Source: an uncultured bacterium (GTDB lineage Bacteria > Patescibacteriota > Minisyncoccia > UBA6257 > 2-01-FULL-56-20). From it: a DNA stretch of 64,000 nucleotides. The stretch covers positions 10,035-74,034 of the forward strand of contig OY970126.1 in assembly GCA_963705915.1 (NCBI GenBank), written 5' to 3'. The position numbers and the translations under genes were made by a program. This document shows, one piece after another, positions 1 to 9,417 of the stretch. The number at the start of each line of letters is the position of its first letter. Position 1 is the first letter of the stretch. The notes beneath the pieces are model-generated. The model ran no database searches. It saw nothing but the letters and a program-made list of their open reading frames with translations, and was not told the DNA's origin.

Positions 1-1
1 T

Positions 2-817
2 GACGGGGCAGGATATATTGCAAAGCTTACTGGCTTTATCCATTCACAAAATCCCAGCGTGCCTATCGTCATTTCTTCACACGACGGCCCTCCCAATAAC
101 TACAATTCCGCGTTCGCCGACTCCGAAGCGGTCATGGCGCAAGGCAATGGCATCGGGTTTGGACAAGAAAGCATTACGATCAACGACCCGATCTCATGGA
201 GCGAAAATCTTGTGCCGTCTTCTTATCACGACTGGGCCCTCAATTTTGGCACCTATAGCACAGAGCCTATCGTCCGCTACGCCCAAACCACATGGCCAGG
301 GCCTTTCACGGGGAGTCAGTCGGAAGTATTCGCCATCCAGAATATTAAAGTTGCCGGGAACGGCCTTGCGACCGCAACGTGCAACCAAGATTGCACACCC
401 CTTTGCAATAGCACGGTTTACTTTACGAATCCCAGCAATCCGAACGATCCTTTCAATAACACTACTGTGCAAGACGTTACCGGCGCGGAAAATATCCTGA
501 CGTGCCAGGCAAATGGCAGCACCGGGCAATTCACATTCAATACATCCGCCGTGGTCGGCGGCGTTGGATCGATCAGCCCGGGAACGTATATGACGGGTGG
601 CGACGTCTGGGCGGCGGAATATCTGCCGGTCGTAATACCGTTCGCACAGCAGCATTATGTCACTTCGCTTGAACTTCACGAGTGCACGCTCGATTATGCG
701 TACGGAGCAAGCTCATCCCTCCATTCTTGCACCGGATTGATGCCGACTGGTGGCGACACAACGTACCAGGCCGCAATCAAGGACGCCATCACCGGCACGC
801 TCGATCCTGCGCCATAA
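2..817 (+). CDS. 3' part of a probable secreted/surface protein (5' end outside window)
   Basis: Frame is open from base 2 to TAA at 815-817; Thr/Asn/Gly/aromatic-rich beta-type composition. Confidence 0.7.
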   Translation, partial: DGAGYIAKLTGFIHSQNPSVPIVISSHDGPPNNYNSAFADSEAVMAQGNGIGFGQESITINDPISWSENLVPSSYHDWALNFGTYSTEPIVRYAQTTWPGPFTGSQSEVFAIQNIKVAGNGLATATCNQDCTPLCNSTVYFTNPSNPNDPFNNTTVQDVTGAENILTCQANGSTGQFTFNTSAVVGGVGSISPGTYMTGGDVWAAEYLPVVIPFAQQHYVTSLELHECTLDYAYGASSSLHSCTGLMPTGGDTTYQAAIKDAITGTLDPAP

Positions 818-840
818 TTTGACTCTCCCGTTCCTGCGTG

Positions 841-846
841 TATACT
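841..846 (+). promoter_or_regulatory. -10 box (TATACT) of a leaderless rpsU transcript
   Basis: TATACT lies 7 nt before ATG 854; no Shine-Dalgarno. Confidence 0.6.
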
Positions 847-853
847 GTCCCGT

Positions 854-1072
854 ATGGCTATTGAAGCTCGCAAAAAAGAAGGGGAATCAGGCAATTCATT
901 GCTCTATGCTTTCACGCGCAAAGTGAAGCGCAGCGGCATCTTAAAAGAAGTCCGCCATCGCAAGTTCCGTGATCGGCCCGTGAGCCGGCTCAAACGGCGC
1001 GTTTCTGCGATCCATCGCGAGGCAAAGCGTGCAGACATTGAACGGCAAAAGAAGCTTGGGCTTTTGCAGTAG
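854..1072 (+). CDS. rpsU: 30S ribosomal protein bS21
   Basis: 72 aa basic protein, KEGES..LLYAFTRKVKRSGILKEVR..F pattern; upstream of yqeY as in many bacteria. Confidence 0.85.
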   Translation: MAIEARKKEGESGNSLLYAFTRKVKRSGILKEVRHRKFRDRPVSRLKRRVSAIHREAKRADIERQKKLGLLQ

Positions 1073-1107
1073 TATAATGCGGCGCATGCCCGCGTCCACA
1101 CAACCGA

Positions 1108-1554
1108 ATGGCTCTCTTCCAGAACATTAACGACGATCTGAAGACCGCAATGAAATCCGGCGACAAAACTCGCGTGGAAGTTTTGCGTTTCTCGCTCGCG
1201 GGATTGAACAGTGCGCTTAAGGAGAAAGCATTGAAGGAGCCGGGCGCTACGCTCACCGACGAAGAAGTGATTGCGAATTTGCAAAAGGAAGCCAAGCGCC
1301 GCCGCGAATCGGTCGAGCTCTTCAAGCAGGGGAACCGCAACGACCTTGTACAAAAAGAAGAAGGTGACCTCACGATCATCATGGGCTATCTTCCGGAACA
1401 GATGTCGCGCGAAGAAATCGAAAAAGTGGTTGCCGACCTGAAGGAAAAAGGCTTCACAGAATTCAACACGCTCATGCGCGAATCGATGAAAGTTCTAAAA
1501 GGACGCGCCGACGGGAAATTGGTTGGTGACGTTGTGAAGGCCAATGTCGGCTAA
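1108..1554 (+). CDS. yqeY: GatB/YqeY domain protein
   Basis: DLKTAMKSGDK, KRRRESVELF..GNR.DL, YLPEQMS, KGRADG motifs. Confidence 0.92.
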   Translation: MALFQNINDDLKTAMKSGDKTRVEVLRFSLAGLNSALKEKALKEPGATLTDEEVIANLQKEAKRRRESVELFKQGNRNDLVQKEEGDLTIIMGYLPEQMSREEIEKVVADLKEKGFTEFNTLMRESMKVLKGRADGKLVGDVVKANVG

Positions 1555-1960
1555 GCCGCGCCGCGCCGCGCCGGGACCCCGCCTCGATCGGCTCGCTCGT
1601 CTCGCAAATAAATTCTTGCGCGAACTCAAGATTCAAGGTGGCATCCTCGATATTTTTTTGCTTCCGAATGCAGAAATGAAAGCGATCAAGAAGAGAATGT
1701 TTCGTGGTAAAGTCCGCTTTAGCGAACCGAACGTCGTTTCGTTTCCCGAACCGGAGCATTTTCCGCATCCCGAACTCCGCCGCGGCAAAAAATATCTCGG
1801 CGAAATTTATTTAAATAAGGACATCATCAAAAAATCTCCCGAACGCGCTGCGCCATTGCTCCTGCACGGCATTTTGCACCTCCTCGGACATGACCACAAA
1901 AAGAAGAACGAGGCTCAAAGGATGGAAAAGCTAGAAAGGAAAATACTGGGGAGGTTCTAG
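1544..1960 (+). CDS. ybeY: rRNA maturation endoribonuclease YbeY
   Basis: NVVSFP, LGEIYL and HGILHLLGHDH zinc motif. Confidence 0.9.
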   Translation: MSAKPRRAAPGPRLDRLARLANKFLRELKIQGGILDIFLLPNAEMKAIKKRMFRGKVRFSEPNVVSFPEPEHFPHPELRRGKKYLGEIYLNKDIIKKSPERAAPLLLHGILHLLGHDHKKKNEAQRMEKLERKILGRF

Positions 1961-2032
1961 GAGGGGAAAGCATGGCTTTTGAGGCACTTGTTCTTACTGG
2001 GTGATTCAAAAGCCATGCTTCCCCCCTCCTAG
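1957..2032. repeat. Long palindromic element (about 26-bp imperfect stem) bounded by CTAG, with a conserved 20-mer loop
   Basis: CTAGGAGGGGAAAGCATGGCTTTTGA ... TCAAAAGCCATGCTTCCCCCCTCCTAG; loop 1985-2004 is the exact reverse complement of 9366-9385. Confidence 0.85.
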
Positions 2033-2083
2033 TTGTATCCACAGGGTATTTCCACCCTGTTTTCCATGCTAAAATGAGCCTAT

Positions 2084-3331
2084 ATGAAGCTCAAGGGACT
2101 TTCGGGCGGGGGAGATTTTGTGACGGGCCTCGATATAGGCACATCTTCTATTAAGGTTGTTGTCGCTGAATTGCGCGGCAAGCGTCCCGTCATTGTCCAC
2201 GTCCACAAAGAAGTGTGCTCCGGCATGCGCAAGGGTGCCGTGATCGACCTTTCCGAGGCCTCACAAGCGATCAATCGCGCGCTTTCCGAAGTGAAAAAGA
2301 TTTCAAAATCCGCTACGAGGAATATCTATATGAGTATCGGTACGCCGCAAGTTAAAATGCAGGCGTCCCGCGGGATCGTCGCCGTTTCCCGTGCCGACGC
2401 GGAAATTTATCAAGACGATGTTGATCGTGCGGTGCGCGCGTCGCAGGCGGTGAACCTTCCGCAGAACCGGACGATCATCCACACGCTCACCAAAGAATTC
2501 GTCGTCGACGGCGTGGGGGACATCGTTGATCCGCTTGGCCTTTCAGGAAGCCGCCTCGAGGTGCAGAGCCTCATCATCGACGCGTTTTCTCCCCACATCA
2601 AAGCGCTCATGCGCGCCGCAGAACTCGCCGGCGGCGAAATTGGTGGACTCGTATTCGGCCCGCTCGTCGCCGCGCGCGCCGCGCTTTCAAAACGGCAAAA
2701 AGATTTGGGCACGGCGATCGTTGACCTTGGATTCGGCACGACTGGCCTCGCGGTCTATGAAGAAAATCGTCTGGCTGGCACATCAAAGTTTCCGGTGGGC
2801 GCCGGAAATATTTCAAACGACCTCGCCGTCGGCTTAAAGATCGGCGTCGACTCGGCGGAAGAAGTGAAATTGCATTACGGCTACGCGCTTTCCAAAGAGG
2901 TGAGCACCAAAGAGACCGTCGACCTCAAAAAGTTTTCGAGCGAAGCAAAGAGCACGGCATCGCGCCGGTTTATCGCTGAGATCGTTGAGTCGCGCCTCGA
3001 GGAAATTTTTGACCTCGTGAATGCCGAACTTAAACTGCTCCAAAAATTCGGCGAATTGCCCGGCGGCGTGGTCCTCGTCGGTGGCGGCGCAAAGCTCCCC
3101 GGCCTCACTGATCTCGTAAAGCAAGAAATGCGGCTCTCGGCACAAATCGGCTGCACCCTGGCCGAAGCCTGGGAAGGCGGCGGAGGCGCTTTCAAGGAAT
3201 ACCTCGAAGACCCGGAATATGTGACCGCTTTTGGCCTTGTTTTATGGGGGATAACCGGCGAGAGCGGCGGCGACATGCCGGAACCCGAAGGGATGAATAT
3301 TAAAAACTTCTTTAAATACTTCACGCCCTAG
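2084..3331 (+). CDS. ftsA: Cell division protein FtsA
   Basis: GLDIGTSSIK, VDLGFGTT, LVGGGAKLPG actin-like motifs; adjacent to ftsZ. Confidence 0.97.
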   Translation: MKLKGLSGGGDFVTGLDIGTSSIKVVVAELRGKRPVIVHVHKEVCSGMRKGAVIDLSEASQAINRALSEVKKISKSATRNIYMSIGTPQVKMQASRGIVAVSRADAEIYQDDVDRAVRASQAVNLPQNRTIIHTLTKEFVVDGVGDIVDPLGLSGSRLEVQSLIIDAFSPHIKALMRAAELAGGEIGGLVFGPLVAARAALSKRQKDLGTAIVDLGFGTTGLAVYEENRLAGTSKFPVGAGNISNDLAVGLKIGVDSAEEVKLHYGYALSKEVSTKETVDLKKFSSEAKSTASRRFIAEIVESRLEEIFDLVNAELKLLQKFGELPGGVVLVGGGAKLPGLTDLVKQEMRLSAQIGCTLAEAWEGGGGAFKEYLEDPEYVTAFGLVLWGITGESGGDMPEPEGMNIKNFFKYFTP

Positions 3332-3376
3332 AAGGCCTATGGTAAAATTCGATTAAATTCAAAGCTTTTATTCCCG

Positions 3377-4735
3377 ATGCCAAACGCCAAACGAGAAAAA
3401 TTCCAGCCGCTATCCGCAAATGTCAAAGTGATTGGCATCGGCGGCGGGGGAGGCAATGCGGTGGCTCGTATGTCCCGAAATTTTTTCCGTGGCGTTGACT
3501 TCGTTGCTATCAACACCGATCATCAGGATCTCGACCACTGCGATGTAAAACATAAATTGTATATCGGCAAAGGACTCACGAAAGGTCTTGGCACCGGTAT
3601 GAACCCGGATCTTGGCCGCCAAGCAGCGGAAGAGAATCGTTCTGAAATTAGTGAAACAGTAAAAGGCGCCGACCTCGTTTTTCTCGCCGCTGGCTTTGGC
3701 GGCGGCACGGGCACGGGCGCCACGCCGGTTGTTGCGGAAGCCGCAAAGCAAGCCGGAGCGCTCACGATCGCCGTTGTCACAAAACCCTTCAGTTTTGAAG
3801 GCAGCCAGCGGGAACGGGTTGCGGCGGAAGGCCTCGCCAAATTGCGCGACAAAGTTGATGCGCTCATCGTTGTCCCGAACGACCGCATTTTCACCGTGAT
3901 CAGCAAAGACACGCCGATCGTGAAAGCATTCGAATCGATCGACGATATTTTGCGTAACGCCTTGAAAGGACTCGTCGAGATCATCGCGATGCCCGGCATT
4001 GTGAATGTTGATTTTGCGGATGTGAAAAACATCATGCAAGACGCCGGCGTTGCGATTGTTGGTGTTGGCCTCGCGACCGGCCCTGACCGCGCCGTGAAGG
4101 CCGTTCAATCGGCGCTCCATTCGCCGCTCCTCGAAACGAGTCCCGAAGGCGCAAAGGCAGTCCTTCTTGGCATCACGGGCGGTCGCGACCTCAAGATGAA
4201 CGAAGTAAACGATGCAGCGAAGATCGTCGCGCAAACCGCGGATCCTTCCGCGCGAATCATCTTTGGCGCCTATTACGACCGCAATCTCAAACCGGGCCAG
4301 CTCAAGATCACCGTGGTTGCCGCAGGGTTTAATAATCAGCAAGGAACAGCGCTTTTTGGCGGCGGCGCAGGCAGCCTCTATGGCCGCGGCGAGCCCGTTT
4401 TTGGCGGCCGAACCCCGATGGACGGCAAAAAGGCTTCCACCCCAACCCGCGAACCAATGTCGTATGGAAAAGAAGGATATGCCAAGGAAGTCGTGCGTGC
4501 CCGCGGCGACCGCGGTGACGAATCAGCCGACGAGCTCATGTCTGTCGCCTCGCGCAATCCATCCGCATCGCTTGATCGGAAGCCCATACAAAGCAACCTG
4601 CACGGCTCAAACGGCAGCAACGGTAACAGTGGGAACGGAAATGCAAACGGAAGTGGAGACACGAACTCAAACAGCAAAGAAAAAGAAAGCGACGCGTGGG
4701 ATATCCCCGCATTTCTCCGTAGGAGAAAGAAGTAA
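3377..4735 (+). CDS. ftsZ: Cell division protein FtsZ
   Basis: GGGGGNAV, GGGTGTG tubulin signature, NVDFAD, C-terminal DIPAFLR. Confidence 0.99.
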   Translation: MPNAKREKFQPLSANVKVIGIGGGGGNAVARMSRNFFRGVDFVAINTDHQDLDHCDVKHKLYIGKGLTKGLGTGMNPDLGRQAAEENRSEISETVKGADLVFLAAGFGGGTGTGATPVVAEAAKQAGALTIAVVTKPFSFEGSQRERVAAEGLAKLRDKVDALIVVPNDRIFTVISKDTPIVKAFESIDDILRNALKGLVEIIAMPGIVNVDFADVKNIMQDAGVAIVGVGLATGPDRAVKAVQSALHSPLLETSPEGAKAVLLGITGGRDLKMNEVNDAAKIVAQTADPSARIIFGAYYDRNLKPGQLKITVVAAGFNNQQGTALFGGGAGSLYGRGEPVFGGRTPMDGKKASTPTREPMSYGKEGYAKEVVRARGDRGDESADELMSVASRNPSASLDRKPIQSNLHGSNGSNGNSGNGNANGSGDTNSNSKEKESDAWDIPAFLRRRKK

Positions 4736-4825
4736 AAAGATATTAAAAAATTATTAAACAAAACTTGCGCTGCTTATCTGCGGTGGTATTCTTGTCGTAG
4801 TCGAAATAAAAATAATCATAAATGT

Positions 4826-5098
4826 ATGGCAGAAAAAATGACGCTCGACAAGCTTGCCCTCATAACTGCACATGGTTTTGAGGAGCTGCACGGAAAAGTG
4901 GATGAGTTTCGCGGAAAAGTAGATGAGTTGCGCGGGGAAGTGGATGAGTTTCGCGGAGAAATAAAAAGTTTAAAAAAGGAATTGAAAGCGGAAATCAATG
5001 ATTTGCGGAAAGAAGTTCGCGCCGGATTCAAATTAGTGCAAAGCCACTATGACGGCCACGAACGGAGGATCACGCGCCTCGAAGAGAAGGTGCTTTAA
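4826..5098 (+). CDS. Small coiled-coil protein with heptad repeats
   Basis: (H/R)G(K/E)VDE(F/L) heptads; ends HERRITRLE. Confidence 0.75.
   Translation: MAEKMTLDKLALITAHGFEELHGKVDEFRGKVDELRGEVDEFRGEIKSLKKELKAEINDLRKEVRAGFKLVQSHYDGHERRITRLEEKVL
4891..4960 (+). repeat. 21-bp in-frame tandem repeat (about 3.3 copies)
   Basis: CGGAAAAGTGGATGAGTTTCG-like units. Confidence 0.8.
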
Positions 5099-5099
5099 A

Positions 5100-6143
5100 T
5101 CACAGCAACTTCGTCACTTCATCGTCCTCTTCCACGACCTTCCCAATTTTTAATATATCCTTGTCGATTTTGCCGAACTCCTTGAAGGCGGTATTGTAGG
5201 CGTTTGTCGTCGTTGTGAGATGCGTTCCGATTTTCTCAAGATATTCTTCGTATCGTTCCAAATGCCGCTGGAGCTCCATCACATTTTTGCGGATCTGTTC
5301 CGCAGACCTATTGATCTCGATTTGGCGGATGCCCTGGAGCGCCATTTGGAGGTAGGCGTAGAACGTGGTGGGGGAAACGGGATAAACGCGTTTCTCGCCG
5401 GCATAGGCGATGAGGTCGCGTTCCGCAGCGCCGCCGATTTTGTTCACGAGGAGGTCGTAGTAGAGCGCTTCGGACGGGATGAACATAAACGCAAAGTCCA
5501 CGGTGTTCTCCGACGGTTTGATATATTTCGACGTCTCATCGATGCGGGTTTTTAAATCCATTCGTAAGGCGTCTTCCGTGCGCTTGCGCTCGTCGTCGGT
5601 CAACGTCCCGCTTGCGAGGCGGTTATAATTTTCCAAACTGAACTTTGAGTCGATGGGGATCACCTGTTCTTGGTAGAAAATAACGGCATCCACTTTTGTG
5701 CCGTCTGCAAAGGGATATTGCAATTGGTAGGCGCCCGGCGGCAAAACATTTTTTAAAACCGTTTCGAGGAAATATTCGCCGAGCACGCCGCGCTGTTTGG
5801 TGTTTTTCAAAATATCGTTCAAATTTTTAAGCTGATCGTTGAGCGCCGAAACCTGCTTTTGACCTTCAATCACCTTGGTGAGCTCAGAGGTCACCTCTTT
5901 CACAATTTTCGTGCTCTCGCCAGCCTGGGCAAGGACCGTTTTTGTGGAATCATTCAGGCGGGCGTCGAGCGTTTGCGAAAGCCGGTGCATCTGGTCGCTG
6001 ATCTGCTTTTGCTGATCCTGGATCTGGTTTTGGAGGAGAACCAGTGAGCCCTCGTCTTGTTTCTTCTCCGCCGGCGGCTTCCAAAGCCGATAGACGACGA
6101 CGGCGAGCATAATGATGATGAGCGCGAAGAGGATGATGTCCAT
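5100..6143 (-). CDS. rmuC: DNA recombination protein RmuC
   Basis: RGVLGEYFLE, IDSKFSL, FMFIPSE, VSPTT motifs; start moved to ATG 6143 (TACACT -10 just upstream). Confidence 0.95.
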   Translation of the reverse strand: MDIILFALIIIMLAVVVYRLWKPPAEKKQDEGSLVLLQNQIQDQQKQISDQMHRLSQTLDARLNDSTKTVLAQAGESTKIVKEVTSELTKVIEGQKQVSALNDQLKNLNDILKNTKQRGVLGEYFLETVLKNVLPPGAYQLQYPFADGTKVDAVIFYQEQVIPIDSKFSLENYNRLASGTLTDDERKRTEDALRMDLKTRIDETSKYIKPSENTVDFAFMFIPSEALYYDLLVNKIGGAAERDLIAYAGEKRVYPVSPTTFYAYLQMALQGIRQIEINRSAEQIRKNVMELQRHLERYEEYLEKIGTHLTTTTNAYNTAFKEFGKIDKDILKIGKVVEEDDEVTKLL

Positions 6144-6190
6144 AGATATAGTGTAAGCGCCGTTCACGCTTTTGTCATTCGCACGACAAA

Positions 6191-6220
6191 ACAAAAACCG
6201 CGCCGAAGCGCGGTTTTTGT
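6191..6220 (-). terminator. Intrinsic terminator of the RRM gene
   Basis: AAAAACCGCG-CTTCGG-CGCGGTTTTT hairpin on the minus strand. Confidence 0.8.
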
Positions 6221-6239
6221 TTTGGGCAGTCGAGCCGGT

Positions 6240-6551
6240 TTATTGCCAGCTGCGTCCGCCACCATTCCCGCCGAAGCCGCGGTCGCCGCGAGGCGCACGG
6301 GGTTCGAGAGGCTTGGCTTCATTCACGGTGAGCTTGCGCCCAGCGAAATCTTTGCCATTCCACATTTCGATCGCCGCTTGGGCATCGGAATCGGAACCCA
6401 TTTCGACAAAACCGAATCCGCGTGAGCGGCCGGTCATTTTATCCATGATGATGCTCGAAGAAACAACCTGTCCCGCTTTCGAGAAGGCGTCTTGGAGTTC
6501 GTCTTGGGTCGTCGAGTAGGGAAGACCTCCAACGTATAATTTCGTAGCCAT
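6240..6551 (-). CDS. RRM RNA-binding protein
   Basis: KLYVGGL (RNP2), RGFGFVEM (RNP1), Gly-rich tail. Confidence 0.95.
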   Translation of the reverse strand: MATKLYVGGLPYSTTQDELQDAFSKAGQVVSSSIIMDKMTGRSRGFGFVEMGSDSDAQAAIEMWNGKDFAGRKLTVNEAKPLEPRAPRGDRGFGGNGGGRSWQ

Positions 6552-6728
6552 TAAATCGTTACTAACTTGTTGCTAATTGCTAATGTAAGTCGACCAATTT
6601 ATTTTTTCCTCTGCTTCTCCGACCAACTTGCGTAGGACTTCGAAACTTACGGGAACCCTTACATACCAAGTATTATACCATAAAGTCGCCAAAAAATGCA
6701 AGGGGCTCCTTTTATCATATAAAAAGCC

Positions 6729-7124
6729 CTACCGGTGGCGGTAGGGTGCGAATTCGTTTTCCATAGAGGCGAATACATCAGCAATCTCGCTCTCTATCTC
6801 CCAAATTCGGAAAGTTCGGATAGTCCTCGTTCCGAGGATCCATCCTCCAAGAAAGCTTACGATCGCTATCGTAGGGAGCAGGATGAGCATTCCGAGGAAT
6901 TTTTCCCCGCGGCAGTCGAATAGGTCATTCATAAAGCCGCCCGCAAAACCGATGCATGCGTTAACCGACCCCCAGCAGAAAAGACCTTGCTCTTTGTTGT
7001 ACAAGCCGAACAGGAAGCCACATACGGCACATGCCACGATGTTGTAGCGTGCAGGCGCCGTTATGAGCACGAGAAGCGTTGCCAAAAGAATCATCAAGTG
7101 AACAAAAACAGCCTGTCTGCGCAT
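6729..7124 (-). CDS. Hypothetical membrane protein
   Basis: About 4 hydrophobic segments; GGAGG precedes ATG 7124. Confidence 0.6.
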   Translation of the reverse strand: MRRQAVFVHLMILLATLLVLITAPARYNIVACAVCGFLFGLYNKEQGLFCWGSVNACIGFAGGFMNDLFDCRGEKFLGMLILLPTIAIVSFLGGWILGTRTIRTFRIWEIESEIADVFASMENEFAPYRHR

Positions 7125-7190
7125 AAAAGCCCTCCGCGAATTCTTTGAAGACTGTAGCACAAGAAAAAGAACTTTGCTACCGTATACAAG

Positions 7191-8075
7191 ATGGAGGCAA
7201 AAGCGTTTAACCAGATCGTAAAGAACTATTATCGCCATCACGGCCGCCACGATCTTCCGTGGCGTAAAACAAAAGACCCGTACCGGATTTTGGTTTCAGA
7301 AATCATGCTACAACAAACCCAGGTGAGTCGCGTTATCCCGTTTTATGAAAATTTCATAAAACAATTCCCGAATTTTACTAAACTCGCGCAAGCAAAGACA
7401 TCCGACGTGCTCCGGACGTGGCAAGGCCTCGGCTACAACCGGCGCGCGATTGCACTCCAAAAATTATCAAGAATTGTTTTAGAAAAATTTAATGGAACAT
7501 TGCCACGCACAAGGGAGGAACTCGAAAGCTTGCCTGGCATCGGCAAGGGAACATCCGGTTCGCTCATGGCGTTTGCGTTTAATCAGCCGGAGATCTTCGT
7601 CGAAACGAATATCCGCCGCGTTTTCATCCATCATTTTTTCCCGGCCCACAGCGCACCCCAAAAAGCACATAAAAAATTCGTAACCGACGCCGAAATCGAA
7701 CGTTGTATCAAAAGGACGATCAACAAGAAAAACCCTCGCGAATGGTATTGGGCTTTGATGGATTACGGATCGTCACTCGCTTCGCGGTCAAAAGTAGAAA
7801 ACCCCAATCGTCGCAGTGCGCACTATGCGCGGCAAAGCAAATTCACGGGATCTGATCGCGAATTGCGCGGGAAGATTCTCAAGTTGCTTTTGGTGGAAAG
7901 CTTTGAAAAGCCGACGATGAAGAACGCAGCGAGAATAGTGATCCAACCAAAAGACATCGCAGCCGAATTCACTGAACCGCTTGCCCGTGTGAAGAAAATT
8001 CTCAAAGGGCTTGTCCGGGACGGATTCATCCAAAACATTGCAACAAAAGGCCAGCAATATTGTATTAATAATTAA
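7191..8075 (+). CDS. mutY: A/G-specific adenine glycosylase (HhH-GPD), lacking the Fe-S cluster motif
   Basis: LPWR, VSEIMLQQTQV, WQGLGY, LPGIG, ETNIRRV. Confidence 0.92.
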   Translation: MEAKAFNQIVKNYYRHHGRHDLPWRKTKDPYRILVSEIMLQQTQVSRVIPFYENFIKQFPNFTKLAQAKTSDVLRTWQGLGYNRRAIALQKLSRIVLEKFNGTLPRTREELESLPGIGKGTSGSLMAFAFNQPEIFVETNIRRVFIHHFFPAHSAPQKAHKKFVTDAEIERCIKRTINKKNPREWYWALMDYGSSLASRSKVENPNRRSAHYARQSKFTGSDRELRGKILKLLLVESFEKPTMKNAARIVIQPKDIAAEFTEPLARVKKILKGLVRDGFIQNIATKGQQYCINN

Positions 8076-8090
8076 GATCTGAATCTTCAT

Positions 8091-9341
8091 ATGCATATGA
8101 AACGACTGTTCCTCGGCGTTGGAGTCGGAGTCGTAGCCATCACAACGTTTTCCTTTATATCGGCCGCCCGCGGCGGCGTTTTCGGCGCGAAAATGGCGGC
8201 GGCGCCAACGGCCGAGGCGGCCACAACGGGAGCGGCCACCACGGCCTCCACCAAGCTCATCTACGGCGCCTGGGTGCCCTACTGGCAATCCCAGCCGGGC
8301 GAGGAAGATATTGCCATCCATCTCGATAGCCTTAACGAAGTGAGCCCGTTTTCATACGAAATCGGCCAAGGCGGCAGTCTCATCGACGATTTGAACATCA
8401 ACAACGGGTCCTGGGCCGGTTGGTTTTCGGCCATCAGCGAACTGAACGTCAAAATCATCCCGACGATCGCAGACTTTGACGCGACGGCAATTTACAATCT
8501 CCTCTCAAACACGCAAAGCCGCCAGGCGGAAGAAGATAACATTGCAGCGCTCGTGAAGGCGCAGGGCTTTAATGGCATCGACATAGATTTTGAAGGCATG
8601 TCGCCGGCCACCCGCCCGTACTATTCATTATTCATAGAGGGCCTCGCCATTCGTTTGCATCCGATGGGGGACATGCTCACGTGCACCGTCGTTCCGCGCG
8701 TGCCGCCGAGCCAAATTTATAACGTGGTTCCGAGCAATATCGTTTACCCGGAAAGTTATCCGGTACTCAACCAATATTGCGACGAAGTCCGTTTGATGGC
8801 GTACGACCAGGAAACGAGCGACCTCACGCTCGATTCGGAAAAAGGCGATGGCACGCTCTATGCGCCGGTCTCGGATCCCACGTGGGCAAAATCAGTCATC
8901 ACGACGGCGCTCCAATATATAAGCCCAAAGAAGATCATGCTTGGCGTTCCAACGTATGGCTACGAGTACGAAGTCTCGTGGGCAAACGATGAGACCACCT
9001 ATCAGCTTGTGCGGAGCTGGGATTACTTTGGCGCCATGGATCGCGCCGATTCGCTTGGTATCGAGCCAACGCGCGATAATGCCGACGAACTGAGCTTCAC
9101 GTTCGCCTCGAGCACCTACATCGCGGAACCCGCAGACCTTGTGACGACCGTCCAGTCGTCCGAGCCAACGCTCCTCACGCAGCCGAACCCCCAGAACCTC
9201 ACGCAATTCTTCGTTTCATTCCCGGATGCCCAGTCCGTGGCGGACAAAGTGGCACTTGCGAAGGAATATGGTCTCCGCGGCGTTATGCTCTTCAAAGCCG
9301 ACGGCGAGATGGACCCGAACATCTGGAACGTCCTGAACTAA
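8091..9341 (+). CDS. Secreted glycoside hydrolase family 18
   Basis: Signal/anchor, FNGIDIDFE catalytic DxDxE motif, MAYD, LGVPTYG. Confidence 0.9.
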   Translation: MHMKRLFLGVGVGVVAITTFSFISAARGGVFGAKMAAAPTAEAATTGAATTASTKLIYGAWVPYWQSQPGEEDIAIHLDSLNEVSPFSYEIGQGGSLIDDLNINNGSWAGWFSAISELNVKIIPTIADFDATAIYNLLSNTQSRQAEEDNIAALVKAQGFNGIDIDFEGMSPATRPYYSLFIEGLAIRLHPMGDMLTCTVVPRVPPSQIYNVVPSNIVYPESYPVLNQYCDEVRLMAYDQETSDLTLDSEKGDGTLYAPVSDPTWAKSVITTALQYISPKKIMLGVPTYGYEYEVSWANDETTYQLVRSWDYFGAMDRADSLGIEPTRDNADELSFTFASSTYIAEPADLVTTVQSSEPTLLTQPNPQNLTQFFVSFPDAQSVADKVALAKEYGLRGVMLFKADGEMDPNIWNVLN

Positions 9342-9343
9342 CT

Positions 9344-9408
9344 AAAAAAAGAACCCTCTCTCATGTCACCCAGTAAGAACAAGTGACACGAGAGAGGGTT
9401 CTTTTTTT
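9344..9408. terminator. Bidirectional terminator-like long hairpin with the conserved 20-mer loop
   Basis: A7-GAACCCTCTCTCATGTCAC-loop-GTGACACGAGAGAGGGTTC-T7 between convergent genes. Confidence 0.85.
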
Positions 9409-9417
9409 GCTGTTTAA

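Noticed and set aside
2035-2043. DnaA box / replication origin
   Set aside because: Single one-mismatch box (GTATCCACA) with no cluster or unwinding element.
3410-4342. 310-aa minus-strand ORF and similar overlapping ORFs throughout the track
   Set aside because: Shadow ORFs opposite well-supported genes such as ftsZ.
4595-4675. Asn/Gly/Ser repeats in ftsZ
   Set aside because: Ordinary disordered FtsZ linker.
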